From the NCBI GenBank assembly GCA_964438995.1, contig CAYTMQ010000006.1:133208-197207 (forward strand): a DNA stretch of 64,000 nt, read 5' to 3'. Made by a program: the position numbers and the translations under genes. Source of the DNA: an uncultured Chitinophaga sp. (GTDB taxonomy: Bacteria > Bacteroidota > Bacteroidia > NS11-12g > UBA955). Positions within the stretch are counted from its first letter, which is position 1; the number at the start of each line of letters is the position of its first letter. Positions 1 through 8,492 of this stretch are shown piece by piece. Below the pieces are notes generated by a model, which worked only from the letters and a program-made list of their open reading frames with translations, had not been told where the DNA came from and searched no databases.

Positions 1-587
1 ATAACATGTGGTGTCTTAGACTTCAATTGCTTTTTCGCCTCCATCATGTTTTTTGTCCCTTCTAATACTTTGTCAAGATGACCGCCTATTCGGTATTTGC
101 CATAGGTGTCTTGACTGGTACCATCTATTGAAATGATGAGTCTGTCAAGTCCACTTTCTGCAGTTGCTATAGCATTTTCTTTGGTAAGATAGTGGGCATT
201 TGTGCTGGTGGCAGAATACACTTTTTTATCGGAAGCATATTTAACCATTTCTAAGAAATGTTTGTTCAAATACGGCTCCCCTTGAAAATATAGGGTTACA
301 TATCCTGTCGTCTTGTATAATGCATCTATGGTCGACTTAAAGGTCTCGACATTTAACATGCCTATTGGCCGACTGAAACTTCTAAGTCCGCTAGGACATT
401 GAGGACACCTTAAATTACATGAAGTAGTGGGTTCTATAGAGAAGGAAATTGGATTGCCCCAATGTATAGGACGTTTTAATATCTTAGAGACATAGTAGGA
501 GGAAGTAACCTTTATAGCATTAGTAACCCTCTTATGTCTTAAACTTTTACTGAGTAAATTGGTGATATCCTTAAAGTTCTTATTCAA
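1..587 (-). CDS. radical SAM protein (probably SPASM-type), 5' part only; the gene continues past the left edge
   Basis: Absent from the ORF track because it is truncated. My minus-strand translation from TTG(587) reads LNKNFKDI...PISFSIEPTTSCNLRCPQCPSG...VTLYFQGEPYLNKHF...LDRLIISIDGTSQDTYGKYR. This shows the CxxxCxxC Fe-S/SAM motif plus GEP and ISIDG blocks typical of radical SAM enzymes. Start codon uncertain. Confidence 0.7.
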   Translation of the reverse strand, partial: MNKNFKDITNLLSKSLRHKRVTNAIKVTSSYYVSKILKRPIHWGNPISFSIEPTTSCNLRCPQCPSGLRSFSRPIGMLNVETFKSTIDALYKTTGYVTLYFQGEPYLNKHFLEMVKYASDKKVYSATSTNAHYLTKENAIATAESGLDRLIISIDGTSQDTYGKYRIGGHLDKVLEGTKNMMEAKKQLKSKTPHV

Positions 588-592
588 ATAAT

Positions 593-1324
593 TTAGTCGT
601 AAAATTCTACTTTTATCTCTGTCCTAGAATAACCGTAAGTTTTTAATTGATCACGTGTTTGCTTGATCATATCTGTCCATCCACACAAGTATATTAAAGC
701 AGGTGGTTTGCTTTCGAAAATAGAACTGTAATGACTGTGTACGTAGCCTTTAGCGCCCTCCCAATTTTCACGGCTCAACACTGGGGTATATTTAAAGTTA
801 GAAAACTGATTTTCTAATTGTTCGAATTCTGAACGGTAAAGTATGTCTTCTTGGGTTCTGCATCCAAAAAATAAATAGATAGGATTGCCGACTTTTTTAT
901 TGATTAATAAATCTTTTATCATTGCACGGAATGGTGCAATACCAGTGCCTGTGCAAATAAATCCAAATGAGATTGACTCTTCGATAGTTTCTGGTAAAAC
1001 AAACCTGCCTTGAGGGTTGCTGACTCTAAGTGTATCTCCAATGTTTTGATTGAAAAGTTTTGGTGTTGCAGCCCCATCTGCTTTTAGGACTACACATAGT
1101 TCTATGATAGAGCCATTGTATGTGTCAGCAATAGAATAGCTTCTGGTAGAAAACTGATGTTGCAAGTCGCCAAAATCTATGATAACGAATTGCCCAGCTA
1201 AGTAAGGCATCTCATGTTCATATTGGATAAAGAAGCTCTTTAGAAAAGGTGTGTGATTTTTGATATCAACTATTTGACAAGTATAATATTCTATGTTGTT
1301 CAAAATCCTAATTCTTTGATGCAA
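593..1324 (-). CDS. ferredoxin-NADP reductase-like FAD/NAD(P)-binding oxidoreductase
   Basis: 243 aa. Has RSYSIA (RxYS FAD-binding motif), GTGIAPF (NAD(P)-binding GxGxxP) and a C-terminal LCGW block. Non-ATG (TTG) start in the track. Ends 5 bp upstream of the radical SAM gene. Confidence 0.75.
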   Translation of the reverse strand: MHQRIRILNNIEYYTCQIVDIKNHTPFLKSFFIQYEHEMPYLAGQFVIIDFGDLQHQFSTRSYSIADTYNGSIIELCVVLKADGAATPKLFNQNIGDTLRVSNPQGRFVLPETIEESISFGFICTGTGIAPFRAMIKDLLINKKVGNPIYLFFGCRTQEDILYRSEFEQLENQFSNFKYTPVLSRENWEGAKGYVHSHYSSIFESKPPALIYLCGWTDMIKQTRDQLKTYGYSRTEIKVEFYD

Positions 1325-2211
1325 AGATGCAAAAAAAATATGGATAGATGGAGTTTAATGTTATTCTCAGAATTTATGGAACTATATCTTATTTAAATTG
1401 GATAATTGCTTTTATAGGAAAAGAAATTAGAGCCAAAGGGAATTGTCTTCTTTTTTGTTTTGTTTTTTGACCTTTGCTTTGACCTTAAAGGATTTAATAT
1501 GTGACATTTGAAAAGAAATGTTTTTTAGACTTATGGCTTTAAAAAATTTCTGGAGTTTTTTTAATAGGAACATTAAGAGGGTTGTTTTATTTAAAAGGTG
1601 AATTCAATGTTGTTGTATGTTGATATATAAGGTTTTGTAATGCTGTTCTTGAGTCAAATCTTTAAAAGATGTTTTCGTGAATGATTTTGCATGTTTTTTA
1701 TACATTCAATAAGTGAATTTTGATTTGTAGGTTGTTTTTTTAGAGATTTTGCATTTTGGAATCATGATATATTAGGATATTTATGCACAATCTAATCTGG
1801 AACTTGATGTGATATTGCAAATTTAAGGAGGTAATAGACACCACTTTTTAGATACAAATCATTGCTACACTTTTGCTACGTTTTTATTGAATTTATATTT
1901 ACCAAAAGTATTAAATTTAAAAAAAAGTAAGTTTGTAATTGTCTGTCTTATAATAGTATATGCAAAAATAATTATCTAGTTATTGTTTATATATGTTATT
2001 TTCAAATTTGTTAAATATTATATTGCTACAAAAAAGATATTGCATTATACATTTGTTTAAATGTGATTGCTGCGGATTATGGAATTAATTGTAACGAATA
2101 GTGTATAATCATGCATCATTATTGTGAATAAGTGCATTCTGATACTCAATCAAATCTGTTGCTTAATTTTATGGAATTGATGGAATTTCATAAACTTTGT
2201 ACCTGTTAATT

Positions 2212-4011
2212 ATGGGGAGAATTATACAATCAATAATATTATTGTTTTTTTTAACATTTGTATCATTTAGTCAAGCATATTCACTATTTAACAGTTCTCA
2301 ACCTAGTTTTGTCAAACGGATAAAAATTCTTATTCGTGCCTGTGATTCTGCTGTGGCAGATAATAATGCTTTAGAACTTGAAAAATTTAGTGATTTATTG
2401 ATTCGTGAAGGGGAGAGTCAGAAAGTAGATTCTGCTCTTTTAGCAGGATTTTATTATAAAGGGGTCTATTATCAAAGTAAAGGTAAATGGTATTTAGCCT
2501 CCCAGAATTTCACCATTGCAAGTAAGTATCTTACTGCTTCTTCTAACCCTTATAGAACGTCTTTGTTGTACCGAAGTTTAATTGATGTTAACAATTACTA
2601 TGGCTTGTATTCTCAAAGTTTGAAATATTGTAATTTGCTGTATTCTGAAGTGAATCGATTGCCAAAATCAATTAAAAATTCCTCATTAATAGCAGTGCAA
2701 TTGGCTTTTTCAGAAATTTATTTAAAGAACCACCAGATGGATTCATTTAAGTCTAAAATTGGCACATTGGGTTATTTATGCAATAATGTAAAAAATGACA
2801 AAATGCAATGGCAAGGATTGCAATGCTGGTTAGAGTATTACAAAGACCCTTTGGTCAACAAAGTTGATTCTGTTGTTAAGATTCTTAAGGTAATGCAAAA
2901 CCTTATTGTTAGTTCACATAACATTTCAGAAAAGGAACAACTGATCGTTTACCTAGAATCTGCTCAAGTGAGCATGGTGTTAAACGACTTTGTAAAAGCA
3001 AATGCTTATTTTGAAAAAATTGAACATTCAGGTTTGAATTATATATTCCCAACGGAGTATCATGTCTCAAAAGGGAAATATTTTTTTAAATCTGGTAAAT
3101 ACCAACAGGCAATCCACCATTTTAAAGTTTCTGCAAATCACTCTAGTTCTAAATTAGATCAGATTGAATTAGAAGTCAACCAACTAATAAAACAATCTTA
3201 TGACAAACTTAATTTGTCGGATAGCGCTCAATTATATGCATTAAAAATTGCGCAACTAGAAAAGCTTGTTGCGGCAAATGAGATTAAAGAAAAGCAAAAT
3301 TTGGCCATAGAATTGACCAACATAATTGAACAAAATGTGAGGTTTCAAGATGCCGAAGTTTCTGATAAATGGAGCACTCTTTTTATACTTACAGTTTTAA
3401 CAATTATAGTGGTTTTGGTTGTCATGTTTGTTAGGTTGTATAGAAAAAACAAACTCTATATAATTAAAGAGTTCATCATGCATCCTGGGGCCATTTTGAA
3501 ATTGAGCATGAAGAATTATTACCGAATCAAATTGGTAGAAGATGAAATAAAAAAAATTAATGAGTTGTTGCAAGATTTGCAATTCAATGCCTTAAAACAC
3601 AATCAGAACATCAATACATTAAAATTACAAAATTACTCAACAGCTCATTTAAACAGTGATTACGAAAAAATTCAATCAAGTAAAAAATCCCCTACTCCAA
3701 GTCAGCAAATGATTCTAGAAAGAATTAAGAAAGTGAGGATTATTAATGAGGAAAACTGGATGGAATTTCAACAATTGTTTGTGCAGATATATCCAGATTA
3801 TTATAATTTTCTGCATGAAAATTTTTATAGGTATCTAACAGAAGGCGAGTTTAGGATGATATTGTTGTTGAAGTTGAATTTTTCTAACAAAGAGATAAGT
3901 CTATGCTTAGGAATTACCATGGAAACAAGCAGAGTGGCAATTTATAGATTGAGAAAAAAGTTAAGTGCTAAAGGCTTAGAATCTTTGGATGAAATATTGA
4001 GTAAGGGATAA
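2212..4011 (+). CDS. membrane-anchored one-component regulator: N-terminal TPR-like sensor region, one internal TM helix, C-terminal LuxR/GerE-type HTH
   Basis: The track ORF starts at TTG 2197, but ATG 2212 (MGRIIQSIILLFFLTFVSFSQA, signal/anchor-like) is the more likely start. Internal TM is LFILTVLTIIVVLVVMFV. The C-terminus LTEGEFRMILLLKLNFSNKEISLCLGITMETSRVAIYRLRKKL matches LuxR-type HTH. Confidence 0.7.
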   Translation: MGRIIQSIILLFFLTFVSFSQAYSLFNSSQPSFVKRIKILIRACDSAVADNNALELEKFSDLLIREGESQKVDSALLAGFYYKGVYYQSKGKWYLASQNFTIASKYLTASSNPYRTSLLYRSLIDVNNYYGLYSQSLKYCNLLYSEVNRLPKSIKNSSLIAVQLAFSEIYLKNHQMDSFKSKIGTLGYLCNNVKNDKMQWQGLQCWLEYYKDPLVNKVDSVVKILKVMQNLIVSSHNISEKEQLIVYLESAQVSMVLNDFVKANAYFEKIEHSGLNYIFPTEYHVSKGKYFFKSGKYQQAIHHFKVSANHSSSKLDQIELEVNQLIKQSYDKLNLSDSAQLYALKIAQLEKLVAANEIKEKQNLAIELTNIIEQNVRFQDAEVSDKWSTLFILTVLTIIVVLVVMFVRLYRKNKLYIIKEFIMHPGAILKLSMKNYYRIKLVEDEIKKINELLQDLQFNALKHNQNINTLKLQNYSTAHLNSDYEKIQSSKKSPTPSQQMILERIKKVRIINEENWMEFQQLFVQIYPDYYNFLHENFYRYLTEGEFRMILLLKLNFSNKEISLCLGITMETSRVAIYRLRKKLSAKGLESLDEILSKG

Positions 4012-4042
4012 AAAAAACCTTACATCAAGATGTAAGGTTTTT
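4012..4042. terminator. bidirectional rho-independent terminator between convergent genes
   Basis: aaaaaaCCTTACATCaaGATGTAAGGttttt. An 11-bp perfect stem is flanked by an A-run and a T-run, directly after the stop at 4009-4011. Confidence 0.75.
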
Positions 4043-4073
4043 AAAATTTAAATATGAATAATCGCTTTTTCGC

Positions 4074-4502
4074 TTAATCGCCAATTTGAACAGGTGACTT
4101 TGGTTTTTGAACTTCAAGAGTAACATTTCCTTTAATGAAAAGGGTTGTTTGTCCAATGCTCGTTAAAACCGTAATGTTTTTTGAAAAATTACCATTTTTA
4201 CCTGATGAGTCGAAAACTACAGTTACAGAGCCTTGTCCACCTGGAGCAACAGGCTCTTTGCTAAAGTTAGGTACTGTGCAACCACAAGATGCTGTTGCAT
4301 TGTTAATGATAATTGGTGTTGTGCCTTTATTTGTAAAAGTAAAGGTGTATTTAGCTTTTGTTCCTTGAATAATCTCACCAAAATCGTGGGTGGTTTTATT
4401 CCATACTATTTCTTTTGGATCGTCTGCAACAACAGGCGTAGTTGCTGTAACTGTTGGTGTTACTGTGAAAAGTGCAATAAGATAAGTAAGTGCTGAAATC
4501 AT
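4074..4502 (-). CDS. DUF1573 domain-containing secreted protein (paralogue 1 of 4)
   Basis: Has VWNKTTHDFGEIIQG ... ATASCGCTVPNF ... VTVVFDSSGK, the HDFG and CGC blocks of DUF1573. The track start is TTG 4538, but ATG 4502 gives a clean signal peptide (MISALTYLIALFTVTPTVTA). Confidence 0.8.
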   Translation of the reverse strand: MISALTYLIALFTVTPTVTATTPVVADDPKEIVWNKTTHDFGEIIQGTKAKYTFTFTNKGTTPIIINNATASCGCTVPNFSKEPVAPGGQGSVTVVFDSSGKNGNFSKNITVLTSIGQTTLFIKGNVTLEVQKPKSPVQIGD

Positions 4503-4558
4503 TATAGTTGGTGTTTTTTTCTTTTCGAAATAAAACAAATACCGTGCCGAAATGCCAG

Positions 4559-4927
4559 TTATCTTGTGATATTGGCTTTGATAATCAAGTCATACATGCC
4601 ATGAGATGAGTAGACAGTAATGACTTTTTCATTGTATCTGTTCTTGCCTTTGGTGTCAAATCCTACAGTAATAGAGGATGAATCTCCAGGTTTTAATGGC
4701 GTTCTACTCCAGTTAGATACAACACATCCACAAGACGCCATAACATTTTCAATTTCAAAAATGGTGTCTGAATGGTTGTAATACTTAAAAACTGTATTGA
4801 CTTTTACGCCTTGTTTGAGATTGCCAAAATCATGGGTTGTTTTGTTCCACTTGATATCTCCTTGTTTTGGAGACACCCAAGAAACAGACAAAATTAGAAT
4901 GGCAGATATGAATATCAATTGTTTCAT
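4559..4927 (-). CDS. DUF1573 domain-containing secreted protein (paralogue 2 of 4)
   Basis: 122 aa. Signal peptide MKQLIFISAILILSVSWV; KWNKTTHDFGNLKQG ... MASCGCVVSNW ... ITVGFDTKGK. Confidence 0.85.
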   Translation of the reverse strand: MKQLIFISAILILSVSWVSPKQGDIKWNKTTHDFGNLKQGVKVNTVFKYYNHSDTIFEIENVMASCGCVVSNWSRTPLKPGDSSSITVGFDTKGKNRYNEKVITVYSSHGMYDLIIKANITR

Positions 4928-4936
4928 TTTGGTGTG

Positions 4937-4968
4937 AAAAAAAAGCGCTGAAGGGATGCTTCAACGCT
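4937..4968 (-). terminator. rho-independent terminator inside the DUF1573 array
   Basis: On the minus strand: AGCGTTGAAG-catcc-CTTCAGCGCT followed by TTTTTTTT (one G-U pair in the stem). It sits directly downstream of the 4991..5494 gene. Confidence 0.7.
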
Positions 4969-4990
4969 TTTATATGGTTTAAAATGAAAT

Positions 4991-5494
4991 TTAGTTAGTC
5001 TTGATTTTTACTGGGCTACCTTGGTCCATTGGATCTACTGGCGCTTTTGCAGTTACTTCACAACGGAATTTCAATTCGTGAACACCGCCATTTGTAGTGA
5101 TTTTTACAGTCTTATCGTTGATGCCTAATTTGCCATTGGTGTTAAAACCAACTTTAATGTTTGCGCTTTTGCCTGGCATGATAGGTTCAGAAGAATAAGA
5201 AGGAGTGGTACAACCGCATTGAACTTCGTGAGATTTGATCAATACAGGCTCTTTTCCAACATTGGTAATAACAAAAATAGTTTCTACTTGCTCGCCTTCA
5301 GAAGCTTTTCCGAAATCGTGGAAAGTCTTATCAAATTTTACATCGTATGCTTTGTCTGATAAAGTAACTTTTTCAGTTTTTACTTCTTTTTTAGCACCTG
5401 CTTTAGTAGGCTTTTTAGGTTTCTTTGGTTGTTGGAATGCAGCTAATCCAATAAATAGGATGGCTGAAATACTTAAGATTGCTAGTTTTTTCAT
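4991..5494 (-). CDS. DUF1573 domain-containing secreted protein (paralogue 3 of 4)
   Basis: 167 aa. Signal peptide MKKLAILSISAILFIGLAA and a Lys/Pro-rich linker; KFDKTFHDFGKASEG ... EVQCGCTTPSY ... IKVGFNTNGK. Confidence 0.85.
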   Translation of the reverse strand: MKKLAILSISAILFIGLAAFQQPKKPKKPTKAGAKKEVKTEKVTLSDKAYDVKFDKTFHDFGKASEGEQVETIFVITNVGKEPVLIKSHEVQCGCTTPSYSSEPIMPGKSANIKVGFNTNGKLGINDKTVKITTNGGVHELKFRCEVTAKAPVDPMDQGSPVKIKTN

Positions 5495-5527
5495 GAAAAT
5501 AAATATGGTTAAATAACTGTTGTTTGA

Positions 5528-6241
5528 TTAATGATTGTCTTTTGGTTTATTCGCATCTGATTTCAATTGGTCATCAGATGTTTTGTCTTTTGAACTCTTG
5601 TGGTTAGAAGTTTGTTCAGTTTTATTTGCTGGATTTTTAACGTCCTGTTTGCCTGAATTTTGTTCGCCTTGACCTTTGCCATTGCCAACTTTTTTCTTCA
5701 CTTCAGATTTGCTTTTAGAGGCTTCTTTTTTTGATTTTCCTTTTTTAGAAGCTTCTGCAGCTTTTTGATTGGCTAATTTAGTAGAATCATCTTTGATTTT
5801 CCAAGCATCGTAAGCGCCAGCAGTCATCACATTGCCTGTAATGGTTAATACTGTTACGCCTTCAGAAGTTGTTACTGTAACCGATTTGTTGAACCAGCCT
5901 TCGCTAGAAGCGTTATAAGTTGCAGTGATTTGAGCGCTTTCTTGTGGTTTATAGATGCCACCTTTCCAGTTTGGAGTGGTGCAGCCGCATGATGCAGCAA
6001 CATTTACCAATGTAATATCTCTGTTGCCAACGTTTTTAAATTCGAAAATATGTGACACTGGTGTGCCTTGTCTAATGTTGCCAAAATCAAAAGCTACTTC
6101 TTTAAACTGAATGAACTCTGGATTTGTTGTAACAGCAGGTGCAACTGGAGGCATTTGACCAGGGGCTAGATTTGGGTCTCCCTGTGCGCTTAAAGTTGCT
6201 ATTGCCATAAAGGCGAATGTGCTTAGTAGTATTTTTTTCAT
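5528..6241 (-). CDS. DUF1573 domain-containing secreted protein with a long Lys/Ser/Asn-rich C-terminal tail (paralogue 4 of 4)
   Basis: 237 aa. Signal peptide MKKILLSTFAFMAIATLSAQ; FKEVAFDFGNIRQG ... AASCGCTTPNW. The last ~90 aa are low complexity (KKGKSKKEASKSKSEVKKK...KDKTSDD...KPKDNH). Confidence 0.8.
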   Translation of the reverse strand: MKKILLSTFAFMAIATLSAQGDPNLAPGQMPPVAPAVTTNPEFIQFKEVAFDFGNIRQGTPVSHIFEFKNVGNRDITLVNVAASCGCTTPNWKGGIYKPQESAQITATYNASSEGWFNKSVTVTTSEGVTVLTITGNVMTAGAYDAWKIKDDSTKLANQKAAEASKKGKSKKEASKSKSEVKKKVGNGKGQGEQNSGKQDVKNPANKTEQTSNHKSSKDKTSDDQLKSDANKPKDNH

Positions 6242-6354
6242 CTTGACGTTTATTGATTATCTATGGTGATTTCAAAAACTGTACCAATATTTTGGATTAA
6301 TTGCGTTGACTCAAAGGTATTTCCAAAAAATGGTGTTAGTTTTGAATCGCAATC

Positions 6355-7128
6355 GTGAATCACAGCGTTAAACCTAAAAAACACCTCGGTCAGCACTTTC
6401 TTAAAGACGAGAGTATTGCCGAAAAAGTCGCCTTGTTGTTCAAAGACGACAATCTTCAAGCTCAAATTCTTGAAATTGGTCCAGGTATGGGTGTGCTTAC
6501 ACAATATTTACTTCAGAATTACTCTGATGTATCTGCTCTTGAAATTGACACCGAATCGGTTGAATACCTTAATCATACTCTGGTTCCTAAAGGACTAAAA
6601 TTGATGGAAGGTGACATCCTCAATAAACGCAACAATGAGCTATTTGATGGTAAGAATCTTATTGTTATTGGTAATTTCCCTTACAACATCAGCTCTCAAA
6701 TAGTCTTTAAAGTTCTTGATCATGTCGAATCTGTTGTTGGTTTTGGAGGCATGTTTCAGAAGGAAGTGGCAGAGCGACTTGTAGCCAAGAAGGGTTCTAA
6801 AACCTATGGGATATTGAGTGTATTGTTAAATGCTTTCTATGATAGCAAGTACGAGTTTACGATTGAACCTCATGTGTTCAATCCTCCTCCAAAAGTAAAA
6901 TCTGGGGTCATTAAGTGCGTTAGAAAAGACGATTTCTCATTGCCTTGCTCAAAATCTTTGTTCTTTGATGTCGTAAAAACAGGCTTCAATCAAAGACGCA
7001 AAACCTTGAGAAATGCTTTACATAAATTTAAATTAGAAGAAAGTCACGAATTTGCTAAATTGCGTGCCGAACAATTAAGCGTTGAAGATTTTATACAATT
7101 GACTTCTTACATTGAACAAAATCGATGA
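6355..7128 (+). CDS. rsmA: 16S rRNA (adenine1518/1519-N6)-dimethyltransferase
   Basis: 257 aa. Has KKHLGQHFLKD, EIGPGMGVLT (SAM-binding) and GNFPYNISS motifs typical of KsgA/RsmA. GTG start. Confidence 0.9.
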   Translation: MNHSVKPKKHLGQHFLKDESIAEKVALLFKDDNLQAQILEIGPGMGVLTQYLLQNYSDVSALEIDTESVEYLNHTLVPKGLKLMEGDILNKRNNELFDGKNLIVIGNFPYNISSQIVFKVLDHVESVVGFGGMFQKEVAERLVAKKGSKTYGILSVLLNAFYDSKYEFTIEPHVFNPPPKVKSGVIKCVRKDDFSLPCSKSLFFDVVKTGFNQRRKTLRNALHKFKLEESHEFAKLRAEQLSVEDFIQLTSYIEQNR

Positions 7129-8483
7129 GTACCACAGTTTCAGAAAAAGAACTGCTTTTAAAGTTAAAACCTCTAATAGATGGTTTGGACAGCGAGAAAA
7201 TAATCGCTGAACTAGAAGACTATCGCCCTGAGGATATTGCAGATATTTTTTGGGACCTCGAAATCGAAGATGCTAAGTACCTCATAAAAGTCTTAGAAAA
7301 AGAAAAAGCAGTTGATGTCATCCGTTCATTGGATGTCGAACTGCAAGAGCGTTTGTTCAAAGGATACGAACCGAGAGAAATTGCCGAAGATGTCGTGTCT
7401 TACTTGGATTCTGACGATGCGGTTGATATTTTGAATCTTCTGCCTACTCAGAAAGCAGAAGAAGTGTTGTCATATATCGACGACCAAGAATACGCTAAAA
7501 ATCTAGCCACTATGTTGCATTATGATGATGATATTGCAGGTGGTTTGATGGCTAAAGAATTGGTTCAAGTAAAACACAATTGGACCGTTAGTCAGTGTAT
7601 TGAAGAAATTAGAAAGCAGGCTGAAGAAGTTGATTCTGTTCACACCGTTTATGTGGTGGATGATAAAAATATTTTAAAAGGTGTAGTGTCTCTAAAAGAC
7701 ATCGTTTTGGCCAAAGCCCATACCTCAGTTATTGAAATAACAAATACTGAGTACATTTCTGTTAATGCCTATGCTACTGGAGAAGAGGTAGCAAGAATTA
7801 TCAATAAGTATGGATTAATTGCAATTCCAGTTATTGATAGTATGAATAGACTGATTGGTAGAATCACTATTGATGACGTGGTTGGCTTTATAAAAGAAGA
7901 AGCTGATAAAGATTTCCAATTACAAGCTGGTCTTAGCGAAAGTGTAGAAAGTGAAGATAAAGTATTGATTTTATCTCGTGCTCGTTTGCCTTGGTTGATG
8001 GTAGGGTTGTTAGGCGGATTGGGAAGTTCTATGTTGGTTTCTAATTTTGAAGGAGATATAGAAGCTTTGCCTAAAATGGCTTTTTTCATGCCTGTTGTAG
8101 CTGCTATGGGCGGCAATGCCGGTGTTCAATCCTCTGCTATCATTGTTCAGGGACTTGCTAATAATACTTTAAAAAGTAAGAACATCTTACCAAAATTGGG
8201 TAAAGAATTTACTGTGTCTTTAATCAATGGTCTTGTTTGTTCTGCTATACTTTTAATGTTTAATCTTATTGTTGGTCATGGTTATAATTTAAGCATGGTT
8301 GTAAGTATCGCATTAATTACTGTAATCATTTTTGCATCGTTGTTAGGCACCGTCACCCCATTGATTTTAGAAAGATTTAATATTGATCCAGCTTTAGCGA
8401 CAGGTCCATTTATTACTACTACCAACGATGTCATTGGGCTTGGGGTGTATTTTTCTCTCGGAAGGTTATTGCTAAATATCTAA
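7125..8483 (+). CDS. mgtE: magnesium transporter MgtE
   Basis: 452 aa. N-terminal MgtE_N-like region, tandem CBS region, and a C-terminal 5-TM domain with the GNAGVQSSAI and PFITTTNDV motifs. Its ATG overlaps the rsmA stop (ATGA). Confidence 0.9.
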   Translation: MSTTVSEKELLLKLKPLIDGLDSEKIIAELEDYRPEDIADIFWDLEIEDAKYLIKVLEKEKAVDVIRSLDVELQERLFKGYEPREIAEDVVSYLDSDDAVDILNLLPTQKAEEVLSYIDDQEYAKNLATMLHYDDDIAGGLMAKELVQVKHNWTVSQCIEEIRKQAEEVDSVHTVYVVDDKNILKGVVSLKDIVLAKAHTSVIEITNTEYISVNAYATGEEVARIINKYGLIAIPVIDSMNRLIGRITIDDVVGFIKEEADKDFQLQAGLSESVESEDKVLILSRARLPWLMVGLLGGLGSSMLVSNFEGDIEALPKMAFFMPVVAAMGGNAGVQSSAIIVQGLANNTLKSKNILPKLGKEFTVSLINGLVCSAILLMFNLIVGHGYNLSMVVSIALITVIIFASLLGTVTPLILERFNIDPALATGPFITTTNDVIGLGVYFSLGRLLLNI

Positions 8484-8492
8484 ACATATACT

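Noticed and set aside
4016-4039. The terminator stem AACCTTACATC..GATGTAAGGTT shares AACCTTACA with the CAACCTTACAAGGTTG palindrome family
   Set aside because: The shared string is only 9 nt, the hairpin geometry differs (11-bp arms, 2-nt loop, A/T-run flanks), and it is fully explained as a bidirectional terminator. It is probably coincidence, but a genome-wide motif scan would settle it.
4135-4496. Plus-strand ORFs (77 and 87 aa) antisense to the first DUF1573 gene; similar antisense ORFs at 5235..5516, 3397..3582 and elsewhere
   Set aside because: They are fully embedded opposite well-supported genes, are Cys/Val/Leu-rich as expected from antisense translation of AT-rich coding DNA, and match no motifs.
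6250-6504. 84-aa minus-strand ORF between the DUF1573 array and rsmA
   Set aside because: It overlaps the first 150 nt of rsmA on the opposite strand and would remove all promoter space for both neighbours. No signal peptide or family features are visible.
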